Below, piece after piece: positions 36,744 to 50,800 of a DNA stretch of 64,000 bases. The stretch comes from Ramazzottius varieornatus (Eukaryota > Animalia > Tardigrada), in NCBI GenBank assembly GCA_001949185.1, contig BDGG01000010.1:1187773-1251772 (forward strand). The letters run 5' to 3'. Within the stretch, counting starts at the first letter, position 1, and every line of letters starts with the position of its first letter. Under the pieces are notes generated by a model. The model did no database searches, was not told where the DNA came from, and was given only the letters and a program-made list of their open reading frames with translations. The position numbers and the translations under genes are program-made.

Positions 36744-39700
36744 ATGGAATTGGATGTGTTGAAAGATTCGGTGTCGAAAAGGAAGGTTGACTTTGAAGTA
36801 TTTGCGGCAGAACCTGTGAATGCTTTTCAGTTGAATGCTAATCGCGATGGCGGCCCTTCGCCGACATTCGGTCGTGATCGCATGCGGAAAGAGCTCAGAG
36901 TTCCGGTGCATGAGCATGAGCTGATCGTCCTAACCCCTATCGTGAAGAAACGTCTCCATCGTATCATTCGACGTTTACAAAATAAACCATACCGCTTACA
37001 TTTGAAGCGTCAATACAGGCGACAAGCTAGAGAACGCAAGCTTGAACGTCGAGCGGAGATCGTTCGTAAACAGAAAGCGGCTGAGAAGGCCGCTGCGAAA
37101 GGTGGTAAAGGAACTAAAGATGGCGAAGGTGCAGGAAGGCCCACCACGCCCACAAAGGGTAAGTCTCCCGACAAACCTTCGGGAAAAGGTTCGGAGAAGA
37201 GATACAAGCCACAGCATCGTGTACAGAAATGGCGCGAGAATAGGTATCGTAAGTGGAAGAATATCAAGTTGAGAGCGCGGTTCACCAAGCACGAACTGCG
37301 AGAACGACAGTTTGATGAAAAGCATCCGGCGACTCGGCCGTTCGTACAGTCATGCTTCGGTGTGGCGCCGCAGGAGAAAGAAGTGAGAATGTCGCGGGAA
37401 CTGAGAACTAGCGAGCGGTGGGGTGGCGTGATGGATGCACAAACCCAAGGACAATTTAGGCCGGTGCCCAGAGTCAACCCATATCAAGAACCACGGAGGA
37501 AGCAAACGGACGCGGTAGCAAAACGAAGACTGCGGCACGCGCTGAAGAAAGAATGGGAAGTGTCGAACCATGACCGCTTGCAAAGAGATCAACTGGTGAA
37601 AGCCATGTCGCGACTGATCATTCAAGCGAAAGAGCAGTATGATAACGAGGTACGGAAAAGTCGGTCTGCTCCGTTAATAGGTAATGGCATGCTTTTGAAT
37701 GCCATTGGAGAAGCATGGAGCTCGATCAGGTTGCGCAGTCTTTGTTTATAGACTGCGCAAGCCGAACAGGGCAGTGCTCTATCTCCGTAGCCCAGCTCGA
37801 CCAGCGCAGTCTTTGGTTGGCCAGTTTTTCATTCTGTTTGGCTCATGTAATTTCCTTTCGTGCAGGTGAGGAAGTAACAGCTGAAGACGTGACCGGAAAA
37901 GGTGACGGTGCATCGCAGGAAGATGTCCAGGCCAAGGTCAACAGGGACCTCCAAAAGAAGCTTCGTCGTCTACTAGAGAAACGTCCGAGCGAGCAGTTCG
38001 ATGTGGTCAAAAGCAAGTTCCTGCCTCGAATCTTTCGGGACAAAGATATCCGACGCAACACGTACATCAACCGACCCAAAACAGAGTACGACCTGTACGT
38101 GCGACACAAACTGACTGACCAGACCATCCGGAAGTACCTGCAGCAGCGCCACCTGTTATCCGGTCGGCGGGAAGATGGTCGAGGGGACGCACGACGCATG
38201 CCGCTCCCATACCGGCGTTTCATAGTCAGTCATATCCAGCCGACTGCGGTGTATCTGCCCAGTGGGGAACTCCTTCCCTCTCATCTACGGATGGGTACTC
38301 CTCTTCCGGAACCTTTGAAGAGCATACTTCCGGGTGATGGTTCTCGAGTACGAAGAAAGATAGCGAGGAGTGAGCGGAAGCCTTATGGACATCATCATGA
38401 CCCGAATGAGCCAGACAGGGACGCGGAAACCAAGAAGAAGAAGAAACCGAAGAAAGGTAACATGAAAAAATGACTAATTTGGTTAGCCTGGTACTGAAAG
38501 GGTATTTTTTTGCAGGTGATGAAAAGAAGAAGGATGGGGAGAAAGCAGCGCCGAAAGCCAAGGGTCAAAGTGGCGGAAGTAAAAAAGGCGGAATACAGAA
38601 GAAAGGTGCGCCACCCAAATCCGATATCAAAGCCTGGAACAAGTGGCATCGCAAACAAAAAATCCAAAGAAGAAAACGGAAACTTCGAAAGTGGATACGA
38701 GGCATCGAGAAACGCCGAAGGGTGAAGATCGCTCAGGAGATCTTAAACGAGCAGTCCTTCAAAGGCAAGCGAGACTTACCGGGTATGCGGAAGAAGGTGC
38801 GCCAGTTGGAAGAACAGGTCGATCGAGCAAACAAACTGGTGCACTTCCTCCGCACCCGTAACGAGTACATGGCCGAGAACTACAAGGATGTGTACTCAAA
38901 GAAGCACAACGAGTACTTTGGTACACTGTATGAATATAGAGAAGAATGTGACAACTGGTTCAAGCTTCGCGATATTCTGGACCAAGTCAGGGATGACATG
39001 CAGGCACAAGCCAAAGCTTTCGTCGAACGTTGTCGGGAGATCGTGGCTGAGACTGTAGAGATCGATTATATCTGTACAAAGGAAAACACCAACCTCGAAA
39101 CAGACTACACACAGATAATCAACTTCATAAAACACGAGCCCATATGGCAGGAAGAGATGGAGCATCTGGCTTGTGCGCCGTTGTACTTCGACTACTTGTT
39201 CACGTTCTTCGAGGCTCGTGAGGACGAACGGATTAACTTGGCCAGTAGTCTGCTACAGAGAAAGATGCATAAGGACTTTATGCAGATGGCGTACCAAGAA
39301 AGGCGGAAGATGCGTAGGATGCTTCCAAACGCTTGTAAGAGAATGCTAGATGAACGAGGTCTTCTCGCGCAAGAAGAGAACAAAGTGCATATTTGGTGTA
39401 ACAGAATGCAGAAAAGACAGGAGAAACTGACGAACCCTGATCTGATCAAGTGTGAGAGGGAACTGCAGGAACTGAGACTTCAGGCGCATGAACAAGTAAC
39501 TCAGAGACAACCACTGATTGACCAGTCGAATGCAATCAAGGCCAGTCTCCAAGATTACACTAGGCAGAGGAAGTCTCTGGCGGTAAAGAAGAAGCTTCCG
39601 GTCACGTTGCAGTCGTCGGAAAGGACTGATGAGATACTGAGGAACAGGTATGAGGATGAGTATCGGAGGAATGTACGGTATCGGGGAGTACTGGACGCGC

Positions 39701-40062
39701 TGAAGACCAATGTCCAGAGCATGCAAAGTTTGATTGAGCAAGACTATGAACGGAGGCGGAAGAAGTATGGAGTGGTGAAGAAAGCGGCGGAAGGGTTGAA
39801 GAACGCGCTTGGGTTGGATGAAGAGTTTGGTGGTGGTCGAGCTGGGTTCTCGCCGAAACATTCGAGGGACCTTGACGGACAGCTTAGAAAAGTCTTAGAT
39901 TACATACAGAGTGAGACGAAATCGTTCGCAGGTGGTGGCAGGAAAGATTCTGATGATTTGGCTAGAGCGGGTATGATGCCGGTTTCGTATCTTGACATTA
40001 CGCCCTCTGTAGAACTACAATCGTCATCGTCAACCAGAGCTGTTGTGAACAGAACAAAGTGA
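36744..40062 (+). CDS. Large (~1000 aa) Lys/Arg-rich protein with a C-terminal coiled-coil region; uncharacterised
   Basis: Three long ORFs can be joined by phase-1 GT-AG introns (37681-37865 and 38457-38515; an alternative microexon near 37711-37729 is possible). TGA at 40060-62; AATAAA at 40078. Confidence 0.7.
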
Positions 40063-40112
40063 GAAATATTTATGAGCAATAAAATTAATGTCATAGACAG
40101 CGTGTAAATCTG

Positions 40113-42497
<2,385 letters not shown>

Positions 42498-44191
42498 TTC
42501 TATTGCATGAACAGGGACGGGAAGCAGAGCAAAGCCTAGTATAAAATCTAAAATCAGCTGACACGGTGTTGCTCGGTTGGACTGACAGATCCACGAGTTG
42601 TTTGCTGCCTGCAGCTGGTAAGAATGGCGCAACTGGTCTTGTAAGTTCCTTCGGGCATCAATGCTTTCAAACAAGTTACTGCTTCTCTGTGCGCCTATTA
42701 GATAACGGTGTATCAGTAACAAGGACGACGTGGTGTGGCGCGATAGTAATCTGAAGAAAGGCCGGAGAACTCTATCTTTTCAGTGAATCTTGCTGACCAG
42801 ATAAGGAACCTGACTCAGGCGCGATTTTTTACAGTTATTATAATAGAAACTTTTTCCCTTTCGTGGAATATCACAGACATCATGCTCGGACTTGAAAGAC
42901 ATCAGAACTATATTTTAGGCGGACGATCCACGTTGCCGGCGAGCCAGCACACCGTTAGAGAACCACCTCCAGCTGCCTCTTGATTTGTATTTCGTGACAC
43001 AGTCTCTCGACAAGGAACCGATGGAAATCTCAGTTACCTTGCCGGCGGAAGTTGCGGAAGTTTCAGAAATTTTTCCCTACGGTGACTTTGATAATATGGT
43101 GAAAAGTAATGAAATGAAATAGGGCAACAACGTAGACAACGTTAGGACACAAAGTACATCCAGCTTGCCTTGCCATAATGTTTTCTCACGGTAGGACTAA
43201 GGTGGGAACTGTTTCGCGGACTGTATCTTAAAACACAAGATAAACGTGGGCGTGCGCCAAGCACAACTATCGCACGATTGTCCGCTTTGTTTACACCCCG
43301 TCACTCAAGCTGGACTGTCCAAACATCGGCTATAAAGAGCGTAAGGTGTGAACTTATGGATTAATTCCGCTCTCGATATCGAGTAGATAACCATCAGGAG
43401 AAAGCCATAACACTGCCTGTTCGATAGGGACCCACGCTTGTTTGGCCACTCATTAATTCTTACTACGTCCGCCATTAAAATGGCAGTCGCGATTGCTCTT
43501 ATTTAGTGTGCTATAAAGTGTAGTCCATTAAAGTGACTGCGCTTTATGGTTAAGCAGGCAGTTTGACCACTTGGTCAATTCAACTTCTGCCACATGCATT
43601 GTGGTGCAATATTCAGAACGCGTGTGTGGCTCTTACATGTACGTTCTTCATGTTTGACGACAAACAATCAAGACCGTTCACTATGCGTTCTGACCATCAC
43701 AAGTCAGGTCTTTATCGACCTGCGCTGCTTTGTCGAAACAAACTGTAAATGTCCATGTGTCGGCCCGTCGACTTAGCTGTTCATTTGAGCAGATATGCCA
43801 CAAAAGAAAGGTGGTCAGTCAGTGCAAAAGTGAAAAAGAAGAAATCAGTCCAGTATGTCGTCCGTTACTTTCTCTTCGCGCAGACAATAACAGTAATTTG
43901 TCAGAAGCTTCACTCGGACAAAAAACTCTATCTGTCAAAACATTTTTGTGAAAATTGAAAGGTACGAACAGCGGGCTTCTCATCATCTGCTGTCATTCTT
44001 CTGCTTCAAGAAAAAACGCCACCCAAAAGCATTTCGCTAATAACATCTCTCAGGACTTCTTTGCCAACTGGCACACTGGTCTATTACTCGTGCATTATAA
44101 AATGCGCCAGTTAAACAGGGAAACACCGATAGCTGGTTGTGCTCTGTTTAAAACAAGACCGCAGGTCAATTATGTTTTTTGTCGTTACAGG

Positions 44192-45995
44192 TCACCGGTT
44201 GTAATCCGCTTCTGGTATTATAGGCGACTCTGCCCTTCCATTTCGTTCTCGGTAATATTCGGACAAGGAACCGGCTGGTGTGGAAGTGGGCGTTGTGTCA
44301 GGCGTCCTGTCTCCCGAACCGGAAGAACCGTGGAGATGGAGACCATTCATCATTCCCGGTAATTCACGAGCGCCATGTTTGTGGGAGGTAGAATGATGAC
44401 TCAGTTCAGGCATAGATTCGTAACGTTTGAAAGAGGATATTTTACGATCAGCAGGTAAATGTTGACCGTTCGACAAGGTTCGCTCGAGCTCGCTCATGTA
44501 AGGTGCCGGTGGTGCCTTATTTGTATTGTTACGTTGACGAGAGTACTCAACATGCTCTTGCTCAACTTTCTTCGCCTTGGCCAGGCCATTCTTGCCGTCC
44601 TTCCTTCTTTCGAAGGTTGTCGCTTCATAATATTGTTCTCGAGGTAAATGAGAACTTGTCATGGCAGGGCTGAAAGAAGTGGAGGTATATTCACTCGACA
44701 CGGGGCTCTTGACGGCAGTCGCGCGTCTTTGGCGGGCTTCATCAAGGAAGAACTCGTCATCGGTATGTCGACTTCCCCGACTGTTGACCCGCGAATACAT
44801 GGGCTTACTGATGCTTGGCTGTGGGCTTTTCAAGTTTCCATAAATGTAGTATTCGCGATCGGAGCCTGTTGTCGAGGCACTTCCTGACCATAGACGTTGT
44901 TTGCTCTGAGCATTATCCCGACGCAGACCATTTGCTGGCGACAGCATTGGCGTGTTTGCATAGCGATAATCCCCATTGGAAACTGGCTTGAATAAGGGCG
45001 TTGCGGTGCGCAGGTAGACAGGGGTAGGTGTGGGAGACCTCCAATCAGAGTACGATGGACGGGGTTGCGGGTACAGGTAAGGGTCAAGATTGACCGAGGA
45101 AGCGGCTGAGTGGGGTACAGGCACTAATTGACCAGGCCGACCATTAACGGGTATCGGCATAATAGCTCGGGATTCGATCGAGCGCGAGCGCGACTTCTTG
45201 CCCATTTTGAAGATGCTCTTCTTCTTGGGGATGACAATGGGAACGAGCTGAGGTACCACGTCAGTGTATAGCCGAAGGTTCATACTGTCAGAGTAGGCGT
45301 GGAAGCAGGCCTTAACTAGAGCGTTGGCTGCCAACTCATTCTTGCAAATGAAACCGTGACATTCGAGCACTTTGATACCGGACGTTCGCCGCATGATGCA
45401 GGTAAAGAGTGGCGGGTGATGAGGCCCGCTGGGAACGGCTTGCGGACTGTCAAGAGGGAAGAATCGCATGGCAATCACATCGGACACGGAGCTTGAAGAA
45501 CTGATGGTGGTCGGCTCGACGAAGCGAACGGCGGCGCAATAATGGAGGGTCTCGATTGGCATAAACTTCGATATCGTCAGTCCCATTGAATCTAGGTATT
45601 CCAATAATATTCCGTTGCTCCATGCCGAAAGCCATGCATCGATCCCAGAGGCGTCAGAAGCCCCGCCTTCTGGGTAGATGTCTTTCAAAGGGTCTTGAAT
45701 TCCCTATCAAGCATCAATAGAATGTTCATATTATTGAAATTCAAAATCGTAAATGAGTTGAACACAGCAGGACCTGGAAGTCGGCAAATGATTTAGGTTA
45801 TTTTTCCAAGTGGCGCACGCTCTCTGCCAATAATGCTGAAAACGTGCGTCGCTTGAGATGACTATCTGCATCGATTTATTTGCCGACGTCCCAATCAGCT
45901 TTTCTAAATTAATATACCTGTAATCCGTCTTTCGTGACTTTAGGTACGGCACATCCCAGATAAAGAACCCGACATCGGCACAACGGCGTAGTCAT
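44192..45995 (-). CDS. PTB/PID-domain adaptor protein with long S/P/Y-rich disordered tail (two coding exons)
   Basis: MTTPLCRCRVLYLGCAVPKVTKDGLQ|GIQDPLKDIYP…GIDAWLSAWSNGILLE…FMPIETLHYCAAVRF…PPLFTCIMRRTSGIKVLECHGFICKNELAANALVKACFHAY shows PTB hallmarks (V.YLG; LECH.F.C followed by a helix). Confidence 0.85.
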
Positions 45996-47848
45996 TACGC
46001 GGAAAAAGCAGGAAATTCCGTCACGGATTGTGGTCAGCGAGGCGTCAAAGTTTGACCGATAGAGGGTAAGTCCTGTTGAGCGATCAAGAGAGGAGGTCTT
46101 CACTGTTGTTGTTGGTTACATTGTTGCGTCTGTAAGATGCAAATGCATTGGACAAACCAGTAATTCAATCTTGCACAGACAGACACGGAAAATATAGTGT
46201 AGCAAGTGTATTACAGAGAGACAATGTAGATGAGGGTCCCACACGGTACCAGGTAGAGAGAGAGCTGAAGCTTGCTCGTTGCGTTCGAATCCTGTCGTGC
46301 GTGTCTGCTTAATTCGCATCTCTGTAGCTAGTCCGCGATAAAACCTCAAGACTCTCTTTTACTGCTACACAACGTACCGAAAGACTCGAGCCAAAAGAAA
46401 GAATCAGCATGATACTTACATTCAAGGAAGCAGCAGCAATAAAGAGCGCTCTTGTGGAAAGGTATGTTGATGGCCAGCGTAAAAAGCGCTGAGGCTTGCA
46501 ATAGTGTCAGGTACGATCATAATTTCTGATCATGAACATGATTAATCGCTTGACGGAAATAAAGATGGCTTGCTGTATATTCCACACGGTTATGGAGGCT
46601 CCGTGATGGGTGGTAAAAGTCAGGCCAAAAAGTAGTGAGGTATGTGTATGGGCAAAGATAGGTCCTTGGCGGAGGCTTGAAAAGGAACGATAGATATTCA
46701 ACAGGTGGGCTCAAAGCGCCGACTCAGCATCATCAACAAACTTTCTCTTGTTGGAATATTGCATAAAGTGCCAAAGAAACAACACAAGGTGCGCTTAAGA
46801 GATGGATTCATGCAAATATTCACCACACGGAAAATTGCCTACTTGTGATGACTTTACAAGCCATCAAAAAGAAATGTCTTCTAGTCAATAAAGACCTTCG
46901 AATTCGATCATCTTGTCCAACCACCTTTCTGAAGAATAGAAGCGAATGAGAGTAAAAGGCTCAAGAACAAACTTTATGGTCTGCTGCAATGGCGGAGAAT
47001 GGTGCCGATAAGACACGCAACTTTTCTGCTCTCACGTACGGCTGCTTCTCATCATGGCCGCCATCTCTACTTTCACTTTAAGGCTTTAATCTCGGCTCGC
47101 ATGTTGGGGTTAAAAACAGCCGCTGCCGGTCTGGTCCTGCCCAACTGGTTTCCACTGATGTCGCTACCTCGTGTGGCTTGTCATGATGATCGCGTGCGGA
47201 TACGGCTAGCGTACCTATTGATATCTCACCATGACAGTCAGCGTAGGTAGGGGCCACAATCACGCTCTCGTCTGCATGAGCGGGATCGCTGCTGTATTTT
47301 AAAAGAGTGAGATGCAGGGATGCGGAAAGAGTTTATGTACCTGCGAGTGGTGGTACCAGCTTTATCCGCCATGATACGATCTATTAGCTCCAGCCATTTT
47401 GATGGCTTATGCGGGTGCCGCGTGGTCACCTCCGGTATATACGCAGGGAAGTTAACATGATCATGTAACCAGTGCTGCCACCTTCATAGCGGCAACTTTC
47501 TTCAGAATCTGACAGTCAACAGAGTCGAATCTCTTAAGCTCGGGGTGGCCACATGATAGTAGCAGAATGTTTCATTGTTTATTAGAGTCGTCTACGATAC
47601 GGGAAAGTTAGCTCAGTTTAGACTCACAAAAAGTTTTGATGATTATAAACTCTAAGGCACCGTAAATCACAAAGGAAGTCACCGTCAGTTCGTTAGAAAT
47701 TCGTTACGATTTGATTATGGTTGGAGCAAGTAAGACTGTAGCAGGTAGAGACTCTGTGGTAATTCATTCTAAATATCAGTAGAAAACGGCAAGGTAATAG
47801 TAAAGCAGACAGCACCATGCAAAAGCTACAATGGTTAGCAAGCTTCGA

Positions 47849-50800
47849 TCACGCATCAGTTCCGGCCACTGAAATGATGTCTTCCTCCTCCTCTTCAACC
47901 CGGCGTATTGTTCTAAAAATCAAGAGAAGCAACACAGGGTTACCGAAGGACTACACAGGAAGTTTAAAATAACTGGTACCTTGTCGTGGTAGTCTCTTCA
48001 ATAACAGCATCTGACAAACTCCACTGGTCCTCATCACGATGCTGCAGTTGGGCCAGGATGCGGTCTGTCGGCTGGGCTGCGTGAAGCTCCATAGCCATGT
48101 CTTCCGCAGGCATATCCTCTTCCCGTACTGCGACTTCTTTCCACTCTCCGTTCACTAACTTGCGAACTACTGTTCGCTTTGTCCGCTTGGTTTCTGGTGA
48201 AACCGTATCGCCCCGCCTACAAATGTACAATTCCAAAAAATGGCGATCAGAATTTTCTGGCACGGATTTACACGTTCTGGTTTTTATTTTTTTTGTTAAA
48301 GTTACCTGGCAAAGGAGAAATCTTTGACTTCTTCCTCAGCGCCATCGGTACGTTTCAACTTCGTGTTAGATCGACTGAGCTCTTCCATACTAAGCACCAT
48401 ATCATCATTGCTTCGTGTTATGTCTCCAAAGTTCGAACCTTCCATTCTTCTTGTATGCGCCAAGCTGGGCATGCTTTGCGACATGGTCGATAGCAAGTTG
48501 GAGTTCCCGGCGGATGCCGACTCTATCGCTTCCAACATGGCCTGTTCACTATGGAACCTGCTTTCCTCAATCACTTCCTTCGTCTCGGTTGTATGCTTCC
48601 TGAACCCTTTATTGAAGCTACTATCGTTCTTGGAAGACGTGTTTGTGGTCGCTGCGGACGACAATGCTCCAACGTTCCCCCACTTCCTCAAGGAGGATGG
48701 CGAGCCATCAGACTGCTGTGCGGCTCTTCGGTCAGTGGCAATCCTTTCAAGCGCCGCCTCTAGGGGGTCCTCTTCGGGAAGTTCTTCCAGCTGTCTGGGT
48801 TTTGGCTGGACTGGTTCCTTCTTCGCGTATTTATCTGACCGGAAGTATTGCTGCTGAGGTTGCGATCGTCGTTTTCGCTCTTCGACGAGACGAACCCATT
48901 CTGGAACTGTCTGGTCGGACTTGTGTTCGTCGGCAAAGCTGACTATCTTCTCCGTTCGCTCTTCTTTCTTCTTGATGGTTGTCTCATGCTGTTCATCGAA
49001 GCGTTCTTCTCGAGAGGTTGTTCGGAATTTGTTCTGACTTGCGGACGAGCCGAAAGAACGGTCGCTGACGTTGCTGTATTGACTGGCAGAGGATGTTGGT
49101 CGGCCATCGGCTTGAGGAGAAGTCTTACCGGGAGGGATGTTCGACTTGTTCTGCGAGGTCTGCTTGTCATCACGGCTCGTACTCGTCCTCGTATAATTTT
49201 CCGTCTTCGTATCACCGCGGTAGTTACCTGAAGGAATAAAACGTGAAGTAATAGTGCTAACAAACTCAGCAGAATTGTTTTCCCAGTGGCGCATATTACA
49301 GTGCTGTTGGCTGAAATCATGCGCCACTTAGAAACACAATCTGAGTGTGAATACACTTACTGCCTTGGTCGGAAGTAGGCTTTGATGTTGTCGTTTTGTT
49401 AGATGAACCCATTTTCATGGCTTCCGTTCGTCTCTTCAGCTCGTCTTCGGCTTCCGCCACTTCGAACATGGCTGGAATCAATGACGGGTCAGTGCCACGA
49501 GGGACAGTCAGTTCGCCATGCCGACGTGTGATGGTCTCCGTTAGCGTCATCCGGGTCTCCTCCACGATTTCCTGACCAGGTGGCCGGCCAGCATCGGAAC
49601 CAGGTTCCTCAACGATCGGGTACTCGCACTTCCAGTTGGCGGGAGGCTCCTTGACGTCAGTTGGCGGACGCGCGACTGTAGTCTTCTCTAACCACTTGGA
49701 GGTTTCATCGGCGATTCTTTGGCTTTCTTCGTACGAGCTGTCCATCTCTTGCCGTCGACGGATGACATTCTCGGTAATGCGTTCATGGATCTCTTCTTCG
49801 GGAGAATAGACGTTACCGCGTAGCTCGTGACGGTGAGCCGAGTCGACTGGGAACGATGCTTCGATTGGCTGGAGAGGCTTCTTGGTACCGGTAGTCTGAA
49901 CGTTCTTTTCGTACACCGAACGACCCCAGTCGGTCTTCTTCCAAGCGGTACTTGTGGAACCCAGGTCTCTCACACCTGAGAATAAATCATAATGTCAGAC
50001 AGTTCCACCACGAGTAACGAACCAAATTATTTCCCCGTATGAGGGTCCAGCAGAGAAACTCGACCAGATTGTTTTTTTTTCGAAGTGGCGCACGATTCTG
50101 GTTTTATTGGATGAAAGGGAGCGCCACCAAGCAAACAGTCTTGTCGAGTTTAGTTAGTCCTGTTTACAGCTTTGTTAGAACCAAGCTAAGTTAGAAGTTC
50201 CCGACAAGACCTTACCCGGTAGAGGAGTATTATCTCGCGAGGTGGTATCTCGTGGGGGTGTGGCAGCTGGTGCTGGAATAGGCGTGATGGGTGGCGTCGA
50301 CCACGGTGGCGTTGCTGACAGGCGCTTGGGAGTATCTGGTGACGTCGACGAACTCTCTTGACGACGCGATTCTATCTGATTAATTTCCAGCTGATGGGTA
50401 GATTCAGCCATTTTGCGATACGTCTCTGAGCCGTCCAAGGTAGCCTGGTATGTGAAGCCATACCTGCCCAGCTCTTGAGACATGGGAGACCCATGACCGT
50501 CCACGATGGCTTCATACATGAAGCCGGATGTGTCAGTCATGGGTGGAGTACTTATCTGTGGGCTAGCCGTGTAACGGAAACCGCTACCAGTAGCAGGTGA
50601 GTATGGACGTGGAAGTGGCGGCGAAGGTGCCATGAGCAGTATTTGTGACTTGATGCGAGGGTTGATGTTCATGTTGATGGCGGAGACCTCCAGGTCCACC
50701 GCGTCATCTTCCAGGTGCGTCGTCTGCTCCGACAGGTAGCGCTTCTGTTGCAAAGACACTTCCTTGTCCCGTGGGTACATACCTGTAAATAATCAAGCAA

